This document shows, piece after piece, positions 35,104 through 42,726 of a DNA stretch of 42,726 nucleotides (position 1 is the first letter of the stretch; each line of letters begins with the position of its first letter). The position numbers and the translations under genes were made by a program. Below the pieces are notes generated by a model. The model saw nothing but the letters and a program-made list of their open reading frames with translations, had not been told where the DNA came from and made no database searches. Where the stretch lies: the NCBI GenBank assembly GCA_947085915.1, contig CAMTYD010000020.1, positions 1-42,726 of the forward strand, written 5' to 3'. The stretch is from an uncultured Parcubacteria group bacterium. GTDB taxonomy: Bacteria > Patescibacteriota > Minisyncoccia > Phycocordibacterales > UBA2100.

Positions 35104-37044
35104 ATGGCAACTCCAGAAAAACCGGTAGTGCGCAAACCACGAGAGGGAGGCGAGAAGCCAAAACCCACTGGCGGTCCTTCCATCTGGATGCAGCTCTCTG
35201 CCGCGTTCGCCGTCTTCCTCCTGCTCTCAGTCGGATATTCTTTTGTACGCCAATACATTTCTACTCCGGACGAGGTCGTGCCTCTTTCACAAATAGCGCA
35301 GGATATTACCGCGGGCACGATTACGTCGCTCGATGTCGCTGGTGACAAAATAACAGCAACCTACGTAGATACGACGACCAAGACCTCCCGCAAAGAAACC
35401 GAGAGTTCTCTCACGCAGACGCTTTCTGATTACGGTCTTACGCCCGAAAAAATGGCGGCGGTGAAAATAGAAATAAAAGACGAAGGGGGAGTGCGCTTCT
35501 GGGCGCTGACGCTGTTGCCGATTTTGGTGCCCGTCATCTTTCTCTTCGGCGTCATTTGGTATCTCTCACGACAAATGCGCGGAGGTGGGGGTATGCAAGC
35601 GTTCTCGTTTGGGAAATCGATGGCACGACTCGTAAATCCTGAAGACGAAGTGCAGAAAGTTACATTCAAAGATGTCGCAGGAGCAAAAGAAGCAAAGAGC
35701 GAATTGCTCGAGATAGTGGACTTCCTCAAGAATCCAAAGAAATTCATTCAGATAGGTGCACGCATTCCAAAGGGGGTGCTTCTGATGGGTGCACCGGGTA
35801 CCGGAAAGACACTGCTTGCGCGTGCGGTTGCGGGTGAAGCGGGCGTACCCTTCTTCTCGATATCAGGTTCTGAATTCGTCGAGATGTTTGTGGGCGTCGG
35901 CGCATCGCGTGTGCGCGATTTGTTCCTCACCGCGAAAAAGGCTTCCCCATCCATTATCTTCATAGACGAGATTGATGCGGTCGGGCGCGTGCGTGGCACG
36001 GGAGTGGGTGGCGGCAACGACGAGCGTGAGCAGACACTCAACCAGATACTTGTGGAGATGGACGGCTTCGAGCCGAATGAAAAGGTGATCGTGATGGCCG
36101 CATCCAACAGACCCGATGTTTTGGATCCAGCGCTCTTACGCCCGGGCCGTTTCGACAGACGCGTCATGATAGACCTCCCTGACCGCAAAGACCGCGAAGA
36201 GATTCTCAAAGTCCATGCACGCTCCAAGCCTTTGGGTGCTGATGTGAAGCTTGTCGTGATTGCTGAGCGTACACCAGGATTCTCAGGTGCTGACCTTGCG
36301 AGCTTGATGAACGAAGGAGCGATTCTTGCTGCACGTGAAGATAGAAAAGAAATCACCCAGTACGACCTCATCCGCTCAATAGAGAAAGTGATGCTCGGGC
36401 CGGAACGCCGCTCGCATGTGCTCAACAAAAAAGAAAAAGAAATCACTGCTTACCACGAAGCAGGGCACGCACTCGTCGCGTCTGTCTTGCCGTACGCCGA
36501 CCCGGTACACAAAATATCCATCATCTCGCGCGGTCGCGCTGCGGGCTACACGCTGAAGCTTCCACTCGAAGACCGCAAGATGCAATCGCGCAAAGAGTTT
36601 TTGGATGATATCGCAGTTTCCCTCGGCGGCTTCGTCGCAGAGAAAATGATATTCGACGATGTAACGACGGGTGCCTCAAATGATCTACAGGTCCTAACCG
36701 CGCTGGCGCGCAATATGGTCGTCCGCTACGGTATGTCCGACAAAATGGGTCCTATCGCTTTTGCGGCATCCGCCCAGCGCGCCATCTTTGGGGAAGGAGT
36801 AGAGAACGACCAGACTTCCCAGGAGGTCATCGCGGAGATTGATGCGGAGGTGAAGAAAATTATTTTGGCTGCACACAAGAAGGCTGAAAACGTCCTCATC
36901 AAACACCGTGATGCGCTCGATGCGATTGCACAAAAGCTTGTAGAAGTAGAAACCCTCGAACGCGCTGAATTTGAAACGATTCTCATCGTGCACGGCATTA
37001 CGCCAAAGAAGAAAGAGGATATCGAACACGCACCTTTAGCTTAA
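35104..37044 (+). CDS. ftsH: ATP-dependent zinc metalloprotease FtsH
   Basis: Two TM helices, [36 protein letters not shown]. Confidence 0.98.
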   Translation: MATPEKPVVRKPREGGEKPKPTGGPSIWMQLSAAFAVFLLLSVGYSFVRQYISTPDEVVPLSQIAQDITAGTITSLDVAGDKITATYVDTTTKTSRKETESSLTQTLSDYGLTPEKMAAVKIEIKDEGGVRFWALTLLPILVPVIFLFGVIWYLSRQMRGGGGMQAFSFGKSMARLVNPEDEVQKVTFKDVAGAKEAKSELLEIVDFLKNPKKFIQIGARIPKGVLLMGAPGTGKTLLARAVAGEAGVPFFSISGSEFVEMFVGVGASRVRDLFLTAKKASPSIIFIDEIDAVGRVRGTGVGGGNDEREQTLNQILVEMDGFEPNEKVIVMAASNRPDVLDPALLRPGRFDRRVMIDLPDRKDREEILKVHARSKPLGADVKLVVIAERTPGFSGADLASLMNEGAILAAREDRKEITQYDLIRSIEKVMLGPERRSHVLNKKEKEITAYHEAGHALVASVLPYADPVHKISIISRGRAAGYTLKLPLEDRKMQSRKEFLDDIAVSLGGFVAEKMIFDDVTTGASNDLQVLTALARNMVVRYGMSDKMGPIAFAASAQRAIFGEGVENDQTSQEVIAEIDAEVKKIILAAHKKAENVLIKHRDALDAIAQKLVEVETLERAEFETILIVHGITPKKKEDIEHAPLA

Positions 37045-37045
37045 T

Positions 37046-38131
37046 CTACTTTTGGATTTGCCAGTGAATGGTCTCGTTGCCGAGGCCGTGCACGGTGTTA
37101 CAAATAGGCCAAATGTTGACGCCTTCGTCGGTTACGACAGGCTCGGTCGTCTGCCAATCTTTTTTGATGAGGGTTATCGTTTCCTTGCTCGGTTCGACGC
37201 CGTAGAAGCGGGGGCCGTTCACCGAAAGAAAATTCTCCAATTTATCGAGGCAACCGAGTTCGTCGAATATTTGTGCATACACTTCGATTGCGACAGGGGA
37301 GGTGAAGGTGCCGAAAGCGCAACACGAGGAGAATTTTTTCCCTTCCGGATGCGGTGCCGAATCGGTGCCTGCCGAGATGAAAGGAAGACCTTTTTTTGCA
37401 ATGTCGCGCACGCGCTCGCGGTCGGCACTGGTCTTTACGAGCGGCTTCATGTGGATGAGTGGGCGATAGCCGCCCGAAAATGCTTGGCGTCTGTCATAGA
37501 GAAGGTGCGTCGGGGTGATGGTCGCGACGAGCTGACCCTCTTTTCCGTTTTTCTCCATAAAATCGACGGCAGAAGCGCTCGACATGTGCTCGAGAGACAC
37601 TTTTAATCGCGGATACGCATCGAGGAGGCGGGGGAGGACGTCTGTTATAAAAAGTCGCTCGCCGTCGTACGGGTCTTCTTCTTCACCCGCATCATTGAGA
37701 TGCACTTCGCCGTGCAGGAGAAGTGGCATACCGACTTCCTCCATTTTTTTCAGAACATCTGCCGCTTCAAGGATTGAACGATAGCCCCACTGCGAATTTG
37801 TCGTTGCTCCATAGGGATATGATTTGACCGCATAGATTTTATTTTCTTTATCCCCAGAAAACCCCTTCTCAATTTCATCAGGTGTGAGGTTTTTTGTAAG
37901 ATAAAATGTAAGCAGTGGTTCGAAAGACATACCTCGGGGTAGCGCCCCGAGGATTTCTTTTTTGTACTCGGAGGCGAGCTCTACCGTGTCGATGGGCGGC
38001 TCTGTATTCGGCATGATGATTGCACCCGCGAATCGCTCAGCTGTTATGGGCGCTACAGCCCGCAATACGGCTCCGCGTCTGAGGTGTACATGGGAGTCGA
38101 AGGGTCTTTTGATGGTGATTGTGTTGCTCAT
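37046..38131 (-). CDS. pyrC: Dihydroorotase (homodimeric type II)
   Basis: DSHVHLR, MPNTEPP, GATTNS, LLHGEV, EHMSS, TPTHL, GTDSAPH. Start at ATG 38131. Confidence 0.93.
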   Translation of the reverse strand: MSNTITIKRPFDSHVHLRRGAVLRAVAPITAERFAGAIIMPNTEPPIDTVELASEYKKEILGALPRGMSFEPLLTFYLTKNLTPDEIEKGFSGDKENKIYAVKSYPYGATTNSQWGYRSILEAADVLKKMEEVGMPLLLHGEVHLNDAGEEEDPYDGERLFITDVLPRLLDAYPRLKVSLEHMSSASAVDFMEKNGKEGQLVATITPTHLLYDRRQAFSGGYRPLIHMKPLVKTSADRERVRDIAKKGLPFISAGTDSAPHPEGKKFSSCCAFGTFTSPVAIEVYAQIFDELGCLDKLENFLSVNGPRFYGVEPSKETITLIKKDWQTTEPVVTDEGVNIWPICNTVHGLGNETIHWQIQK

Positions 38132-38138
38132 GCGGGAA

Positions 38139-38207
38139 GTATACCCCGTGAGATACAAAAATCTCTTTTTCGCTGGGGACTTGGCACCTCTATCTCATGG
38201 GGTATAC
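38139..38207 (+). mobile_element. GTATAC-flanked mini inverted-repeat element, copy 2
   Basis: GTATAC-CCCGTGAGATA-(35 nt)-TATCTCATGGG-GTATAC, occupying most of the divergent pyrC/malic enzyme gap. Confidence 0.8.
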
Positions 38208-38216
38208 ACTGACGGA

Positions 38217-39353
38217 ATGAGCACCAAAAAAGATGTATCCAAACAGGCTTTGGCGCTTCACAAAAAGCTTGGCGGGAAGATTCGTATCATGCCTGCGGCG
38301 CCCGTACGCAATCGCGCCGACCTCTCTCTTGTCTACACCCCGGGCGTCGCCGCCGTTTCCTCCTACGTAGCCAAGCATCCAAAAGAAGCGCGTGACTATA
38401 CGATGAAAGGCCGCATGGTTGCCGTTATTTCAGACGGTTCAGCTGTCCTAGGGCTCGGTAACATCGGGGCATTGGGTGCCTTGCCCGTGATGGAAGGGAA
38501 GTGTGCACTTTTCAAAACATTCGCAGATGTGGATGCGGTGCCGCTCGTGCTCGATACACAAGACCCCGACGAAATAGTACGGACAGTGCTTGCGGTCGCA
38601 CCCGCATTTGGCGGTATCAACCTTGAAGACATCAATGCACCGAAATGTTTTGATATAGAAAAGCGCATAATCGAAGCGCTCGACATTCCCGTCATGCATG
38701 ACGACCAGCATGGAACTGCGGTTGTCGTATTGGCCGGAATCATCAACGCGCTCAAGGTTGTCGGCAAGAAAATGTCGGATGCGAAGGTGGTGGTGCTGGG
38801 TGCAGGTGCTGCAGGGACGGCTACTGCAAAGCTACTCCATGTGGCGGGTGCAAAAAACATCGTAGTGCTCGACAGCAAAGGTATCGTTGATGCAAATCGT
38901 CCAGAACCCCACAAGCGCGAGCTCTCAAAATTTAATACAAAGGGCGTGAAGGGTAATCTGCAGGATGCGCTCGAAGGCGCCGATGTGTTGCTCGGCGTCT
39001 CAGGTCCAAATACCGTCAAGGCTGAAGACATCAGGCTTATGGCGAAGAAGGCGATAGTCTTTGCGATGGCAAACCCAACGCCGGAAATAATGCCCGATGA
39101 AGCGAAAAAAGGAGGCGCATTTGTGATAGGCACCGGCCGCTCGGACTTTCCGAATCAGATAAATAACTCACTCGCATTTCCCGGGATATTCCGTGGTGCG
39201 CTCGAGAATCGCGTCACCAAAATTACCGATAAGATGAAATTGAAAGCAGCGTACGCGATAGCGGGGCTCGTCAAAAAACCGACCGTAAATAAAGTGGTTC
39301 CCGATATGTTCGATAAGCGTGTAGCGAAAGCGGTCGCGAAGGTGATTCGATAA
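38217..39353 (+). CDS. NAD(P)-dependent malic enzyme (no PTA domain)
   Basis: LSLVYTPGVA, SDGSAVLGLGNIG, PVMEGK, INLEDI, HDDQHGTA, GAGAAG, GRSDFPNQINN. Start at ATG 38217. Confidence 0.93.
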   Translation: MSTKKDVSKQALALHKKLGGKIRIMPAAPVRNRADLSLVYTPGVAAVSSYVAKHPKEARDYTMKGRMVAVISDGSAVLGLGNIGALGALPVMEGKCALFKTFADVDAVPLVLDTQDPDEIVRTVLAVAPAFGGINLEDINAPKCFDIEKRIIEALDIPVMHDDQHGTAVVVLAGIINALKVVGKKMSDAKVVVLGAGAAGTATAKLLHVAGAKNIVVLDSKGIVDANRPEPHKRELSKFNTKGVKGNLQDALEGADVLLGVSGPNTVKAEDIRLMAKKAIVFAMANPTPEIMPDEAKKGGAFVIGTGRSDFPNQINNSLAFPGIFRGALENRVTKITDKMKLKAAYAIAGLVKKPTVNKVVPDMFDKRVAKAVAKVIR

Positions 39354-39363
39354 TTCTCACGAG

Positions 39364-39432
39364 GTATACCCCGTGAGATAAAAAGGTTCGAACCCATTCA
39401 ATATCTGAAGGCAATTATCTCATGGGGTATAC
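39364..39432 (+). mobile_element. GTATAC-flanked mini inverted-repeat element, copy 3
   Basis: GTATAC-CCCGTGAGATA-(35 nt)-TATCTCATGGG-GTATAC. Confidence 0.8.
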
Positions 39433-39439
39433 TAAGCGT

Positions 39440-39676
39440 ATGGATCCGATGCAACTTGCTCAGATGAAACGCACCGTCGAGTGGCACGCTGAAGAAGCGC
39501 GCCATCACGAACGTGACCTACAGACCGCCGAGCTAGCTCTCGAAAACGCAAAGAAGAAAGTCGACGAATTGCGCAAGCGAGCCGTCGAAAGCAAACGCAA
39601 GCTCGAAGTGTATAAAGGGGACGTCGTGCGCGCGGAAGCAGAAGTCCGTAAGAAGATAGCTGACGCCCGTCATTGA
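39440..39676 (+). CDS. Small coiled-coil hypothetical protein
   Basis: 78 aa, E/K/R/A-rich helical pattern; ATG 6 nt after TATACT. Confidence 0.65.
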   Translation: MDPMQLAQMKRTVEWHAEEARHHERDLQTAELALENAKKKVDELRKRAVESKRKLEVYKGDVVRAEAEVRKKIADARH

Positions 39677-39790
39677 GATAAGTCGTCACACATATTTTTC
39701 TACTGAAAATTGCGCGACCCCGCCTCGCGCCGTCGCGCTCCGGCTCGGACAAGTCTCAAAAACTATGCCCCGCATAGTTTATTGCGCTTG

Positions 39791-39864
39791 TCCGCCCTCT
39801 TGGATTCGAACCAAGGACCCCAGAGGTATAAGCTCTGTGCTCTAACCAGCTGAGCTAAGGGCGG
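39791..39864 (-). tRNA. tRNA-Ile (anticodon UAU)
   Basis: CCGCCCT/AGGGCGG acceptor stem, TAGCTCAGCTGGTTAGAGC D arm, CAGAG-CT-TAT-AC-CTCTG anticodon arm, GGTTCGAATCC T arm, discriminator A. CCA is not encoded. Confidence 0.95.
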
Positions 39865-39963
39865 GACACAGCGATTATAGAATGCCACTGTCACAATACC
39901 AAGAAGGAAGAGGGGGGGGGAACGAAAAAGAGGGAGGCCTCCATCCATAGTAGAATTCACGGC

Positions 39964-40974
39964 ATGAATTCTCGGACAAAGCTCTTACTCCTCGTAAGTA
40001 TCCAGCTCATCATCATTGGAGCGGTCAGCGCTTATCTCGTATTCGTTCAGGAGAGGTACTCATATGTGGTAACGCCGATGAGCCGCAGTGACATTTCTAC
40101 AACAACTCCGAACGACAGATTGAAATATTTCTATGACCTCGCACTGGAAGGCGCGATCGCCATTCCTTCATGGCTCCCGTATCGCCCCATCTACATTCGC
40201 AACAGTGATCACCTGAACGACCGTTTTGATTACGCGGTGGACAAACCAGAGGACACGTACCGGATAATCACCCTCGGTGATTCGTGGGCGTTTGGTATGC
40301 ATGTGAGTACAAAGGATACCTACTCAGAAGTACTGGAAGACATTTTAAATACGGAACTGCGGAACGGATCTTTGCAGTGCGCGGGGATAAAGCAATTCGA
40401 AGTGTTAAACTTGGGGGTGGGAGGATACGATATTGAATACATGGTCGAACGGCTCCGGCTTCGCGGAATGAAGTACGACCCCGATCTCGTGATTCCGCTT
40501 ATTAAGCCTGATGATTTTATCCTCGTGAGCGAAATTTGGCAGCCAAAAATATTAGCCCATCGGATAGTCTCTGGCGATGATTCAGACGCTCGAATCATCG
40601 ACGGAGTTGCGGTAAACCCCCGTCAAGATTTTGCTGCGCAGTTAAACCACGAGATTCGACAAGAGTATCGACCGGAGGACCTCGACGCTCGGGGAGATGC
40701 TGCATTACAGACCCTCTCCGGCTTCTACCGGAAGACAATCCTGTTTTTTGTCTATGCGACTCTTTCGAAAAACGAAAGTCAGATTCTGTCGACGTTCGCT
40801 TCGAGCCGGAGGAACACACATATCTATGAGGGCATCAAGATGCTTGAGCCGGAGGAGAAAGTTCCGCATGACGAACATCCCGGCGTGGTCGGTCACATTC
40901 GATTTGCACAGAGTCTTTTTGAGACGCTCAAAAAGCAGAGAATCATTCCGTGTACGGTTATTTCACGACAATAA
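39964..40974 (+). CDS. SGNH/GDSL hydrolase-like protein with N-terminal TM helix
   Basis: ITLGDSWAFG (block I), VLNLGVGGY, YDPDLVI, DEHPGVVGH (block V). Confidence 0.85.
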   Translation: MNSRTKLLLLVSIQLIIIGAVSAYLVFVQERYSYVVTPMSRSDISTTTPNDRLKYFYDLALEGAIAIPSWLPYRPIYIRNSDHLNDRFDYAVDKPEDTYRIITLGDSWAFGMHVSTKDTYSEVLEDILNTELRNGSLQCAGIKQFEVLNLGVGGYDIEYMVERLRLRGMKYDPDLVIPLIKPDDFILVSEIWQPKILAHRIVSGDDSDARIIDGVAVNPRQDFAAQLNHEIRQEYRPEDLDARGDAALQTLSGFYRKTILFFVYATLSKNESQILSTFASSRRNTHIYEGIKMLEPEEKVPHDEHPGVVGHIRFAQSLFETLKKQRIIPCTVISRQ

Positions 40975-42637
40975 ATGTGCCGATGGCGAGCGCATCGATT
41001 TCCATTGAGGCAAAATCTACAATTGCTTGCTCCGGGGTCTCTACAATCGGTTCGCCGCGGCGGTTGAAGCTCGTATTGAGAATGCAGGGAATCTGTGTCA
41101 ATTCTTCGAATGCTTTGATAAGTGAGTAATATGGATCGTGCATAGAGGAGACCGTTTGTATGCGGCAGGTATCGTCGATGTGGAGGACTGCCGGTATGAG
41201 ATTCTTTGCGCCTTCTTTGACTCGGACACAGAATGTCATGAAGGAATAGTTGGTTCGACGAGAGGGGAGATCAAAATATTCGTCCGCTCGCTCCTCCAGG
41301 ATAGAGCATGCGAATGGGTGAAAACCTTCACGGCCCTTCACGCGGTTCATCACGTCCTTGGTGCGGGCGCTGCGCGGGTCGGCAAGTATCGAACGATTGC
41401 CCAGCGCGCGTGGGCCGAATTCCATGTTGCCTTGGTACCATCCGACGATCTTTCCTTCCGAAATGAGTCTCGCTGTACGCTGCGCGAGCTCATTTTTCGA
41501 ATCGCATCGCGTGTAATGCAGGCCGCTTTTTTTAAGCTGCGTCTCTATCGCATCCGAATCGTATGAAGTGCCTAAAGAGAGCGTGAGGAGCGGAGTTCTC
41601 TGTGGTGCCTTTTTATGATGTACATAGAGCGCAGCCCCAATTGCAGCGCCGTCGTCTCCCGCGGCTCCGACAATGTACGCATCAGAGAATGCGGTCGCTT
41701 CAAAGATTTTCCCGTTCGCCCGTGCATTCAGTGCGACCCCGCCACCGATACATATGTTTGTACTCCGTGTTTTTGAGTGAAGGTGGTTGAGCATCTTGAA
41801 GTAGACATCCTCTGTGAGCGACTGAACGCTTGCTGCGATGTCTTTGTGGTGCTGCGTAATCTCACTGCCGGATGTTCGGGGAGTACCGAGGATTCGCTCG
41901 AGCGCACGACTCCACATGTGAGACGATTCGCGGAATGCGAAGTATGCAAGGTTGAGCTTGAAGCTTCCGTCAGCTTTCACTTCTATCGTTTGAGACAAAG
42001 ACTTGAGCAGAGTCGGATTTCCATAACCGGCGAGGCCCATAACCTTGTACTCTTCGTCGTTTACTCTAAAGCCGAGAAAGGCTGTGATGGTCGAATAGAG
42101 AAGTCCAAGAGAATGCGGGAAATCAAGCGAAGCTATCGGGCGTATTTCATTACCCGTTCCGTACCAGAGTGCCGTCGTTTGATACTCTCCTACGCCGTCG
42201 ACCGTAAGTATCGCCGCTTCAGTATAGGGGGAGGGGAAAAAGGCCATTGCTGCATGGGAAAGATGGTGAGGTACAAACAGTACATCGCCGGTGTAGCCTG
42301 TAGTGTCGCGGATTATTTTCTCCACACGGATTTTCGTGGAAAGCCACTCGGGCATTGCGTTTACGAACATCCTGAGGGAGCGAGGGTAGGTACGGGTGCT
42401 CGTGTCGAGAATGCGTTCGAATTTTCTGAGTGGTCGTTCGTAGTAGGCGATCGTGTGTACATCTGCGATAGAAATGCCGGCCTCCTTTAGGCAGAAAGCG
42501 ATTGCCTGTGCGGGAAAACTGTTGTCATGTTTCTTTCGCGAAAAACGCTCTTCTGCAGCTGCCGCTCGTACGACACCGGCCACGATGATTGCCGCTGCGC
42601 TATCGTGATAAAACGCCGAGATGCCTAATATGTACAT
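40958..42637 (-). CDS. O-carbamoyltransferase (NodU/CmcH family)
   Basis: MYILGISAFYHDSAAA, EERFSRKKH, HHLSHA, DGVGE, EYKVMGLAGYG, EFGPRALGNRSILA, LNTSFN. Start at ATG 42637. Confidence 0.93.
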   Translation of the reverse strand: MYILGISAFYHDSAAAIIVAGVVRAAAAEERFSRKKHDNSFPAQAIAFCLKEAGISIADVHTIAYYERPLRKFERILDTSTRTYPRSLRMFVNAMPEWLSTKIRVEKIIRDTTGYTGDVLFVPHHLSHAAMAFFPSPYTEAAILTVDGVGEYQTTALWYGTGNEIRPIASLDFPHSLGLLYSTITAFLGFRVNDEEYKVMGLAGYGNPTLLKSLSQTIEVKADGSFKLNLAYFAFRESSHMWSRALERILGTPRTSGSEITQHHKDIAASVQSLTEDVYFKMLNHLHSKTRSTNICIGGGVALNARANGKIFEATAFSDAYIVGAAGDDGAAIGAALYVHHKKAPQRTPLLTLSLGTSYDSDAIETQLKKSGLHYTRCDSKNELAQRTARLISEGKIVGWYQGNMEFGPRALGNRSILADPRSARTKDVMNRVKGREGFHPFACSILEERADEYFDLPSRRTNYSFMTFCVRVKEGAKNLIPAVLHIDDTCRIQTVSSMHDPYYSLIKAFEELTQIPCILNTSFNRRGEPIVETPEQAIVDFASMEIDALAIGTFIVVK

Positions 42638-42659
42638 ACAGAAGTAATCAAGTTTGTCT

Positions 42660-42725
42660 TTAGTAGGCAGACGTGAGCGGGTGAGCCGCGGGCGCATTAT
42701 TATCCGGCGTATCCCAGACGCGATA
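42660..42725 (-). CDS. 3' end of an upstream gene, truncated by the window edge
   Basis: Open frame YRVWDTPDNNAPAAHPLTSAY* ends 22 nt before the carbamoyltransferase start; too short to identify. Confidence 0.3.
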   Translation of the reverse strand, partial: YRVWDTPDNNAPAAHPLTSAY

Positions 42726-42726
42726 A

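Noticed and set aside
35748-36446. Long antisense ORFs (also 38396-39133, 41777-42490, 27235-27900, 14273-14851)
   Set aside because: Shadow frames opposite well-conserved genes, with no recognisable motifs or start signals.
37962-38216. N-terminal extensions in the ORF track for malic enzyme, pyrC, purD, rplC, rplF, adk and the PaaX-like gene
   Set aside because: They run through promoters, repeats or neighbouring genes. Family-typical sequence and -10 or stop-start spacing point to the downstream ATGs.
30606-39432. Mini CRISPR arrays (35-37-nt variable segments between conserved sequences)
   Set aside because: The conserved flanks are inverted rather than direct repeats, and the copies are dispersed singletons.

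Overview
Bacterial chromosomal segment using genetic code 11 (TGA is used as a stop). Gene content suggests a Patescibacteria/CPR, Parcubacteria-like organism: no rpmD, rpsJ detached from rplC, almost no Shine-Dalgarno sites, a VirD4-like ATPase, a PaaX/Cas2-like protein and Cys-rich surface proteins. This assignment is an inference. The window holds the S10-spc ribosomal protein cluster (rplC to secY, then gmk, adk, map), which is split between rplE and rpsN by an insertion. It also carries purD, ndk, a probable 6S RNA, a beta-CASP RNase, infC-rpmI-rplT, several secreted proteins, a lexA-dinB cassette with its operator, tmRNA and smpB, ftsH, pyrC, a malic enzyme, a tRNA-Ile with a UAU anticodon and an SGNH/carbamoyltransferase pair. 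The most unusual signals are non-coding. (1) The PaaX/Cas2-like gene is bracketed by two 36-bp lox-like sites whose arms look exchanged, like attL/attR of an excisable 615-bp cassette. (2) Four 57-59-bp CCC...GGG mini-elements with unrelated 35-37-nt interiors sit between 6-bp direct repeats, mostly in -10 boxes or at a start codon. (3) A leaderless promoter layout is pervasive. (4) There are several other palindromic or structured repeats, some inside coding regions. All calls were made by eye, without database searches.
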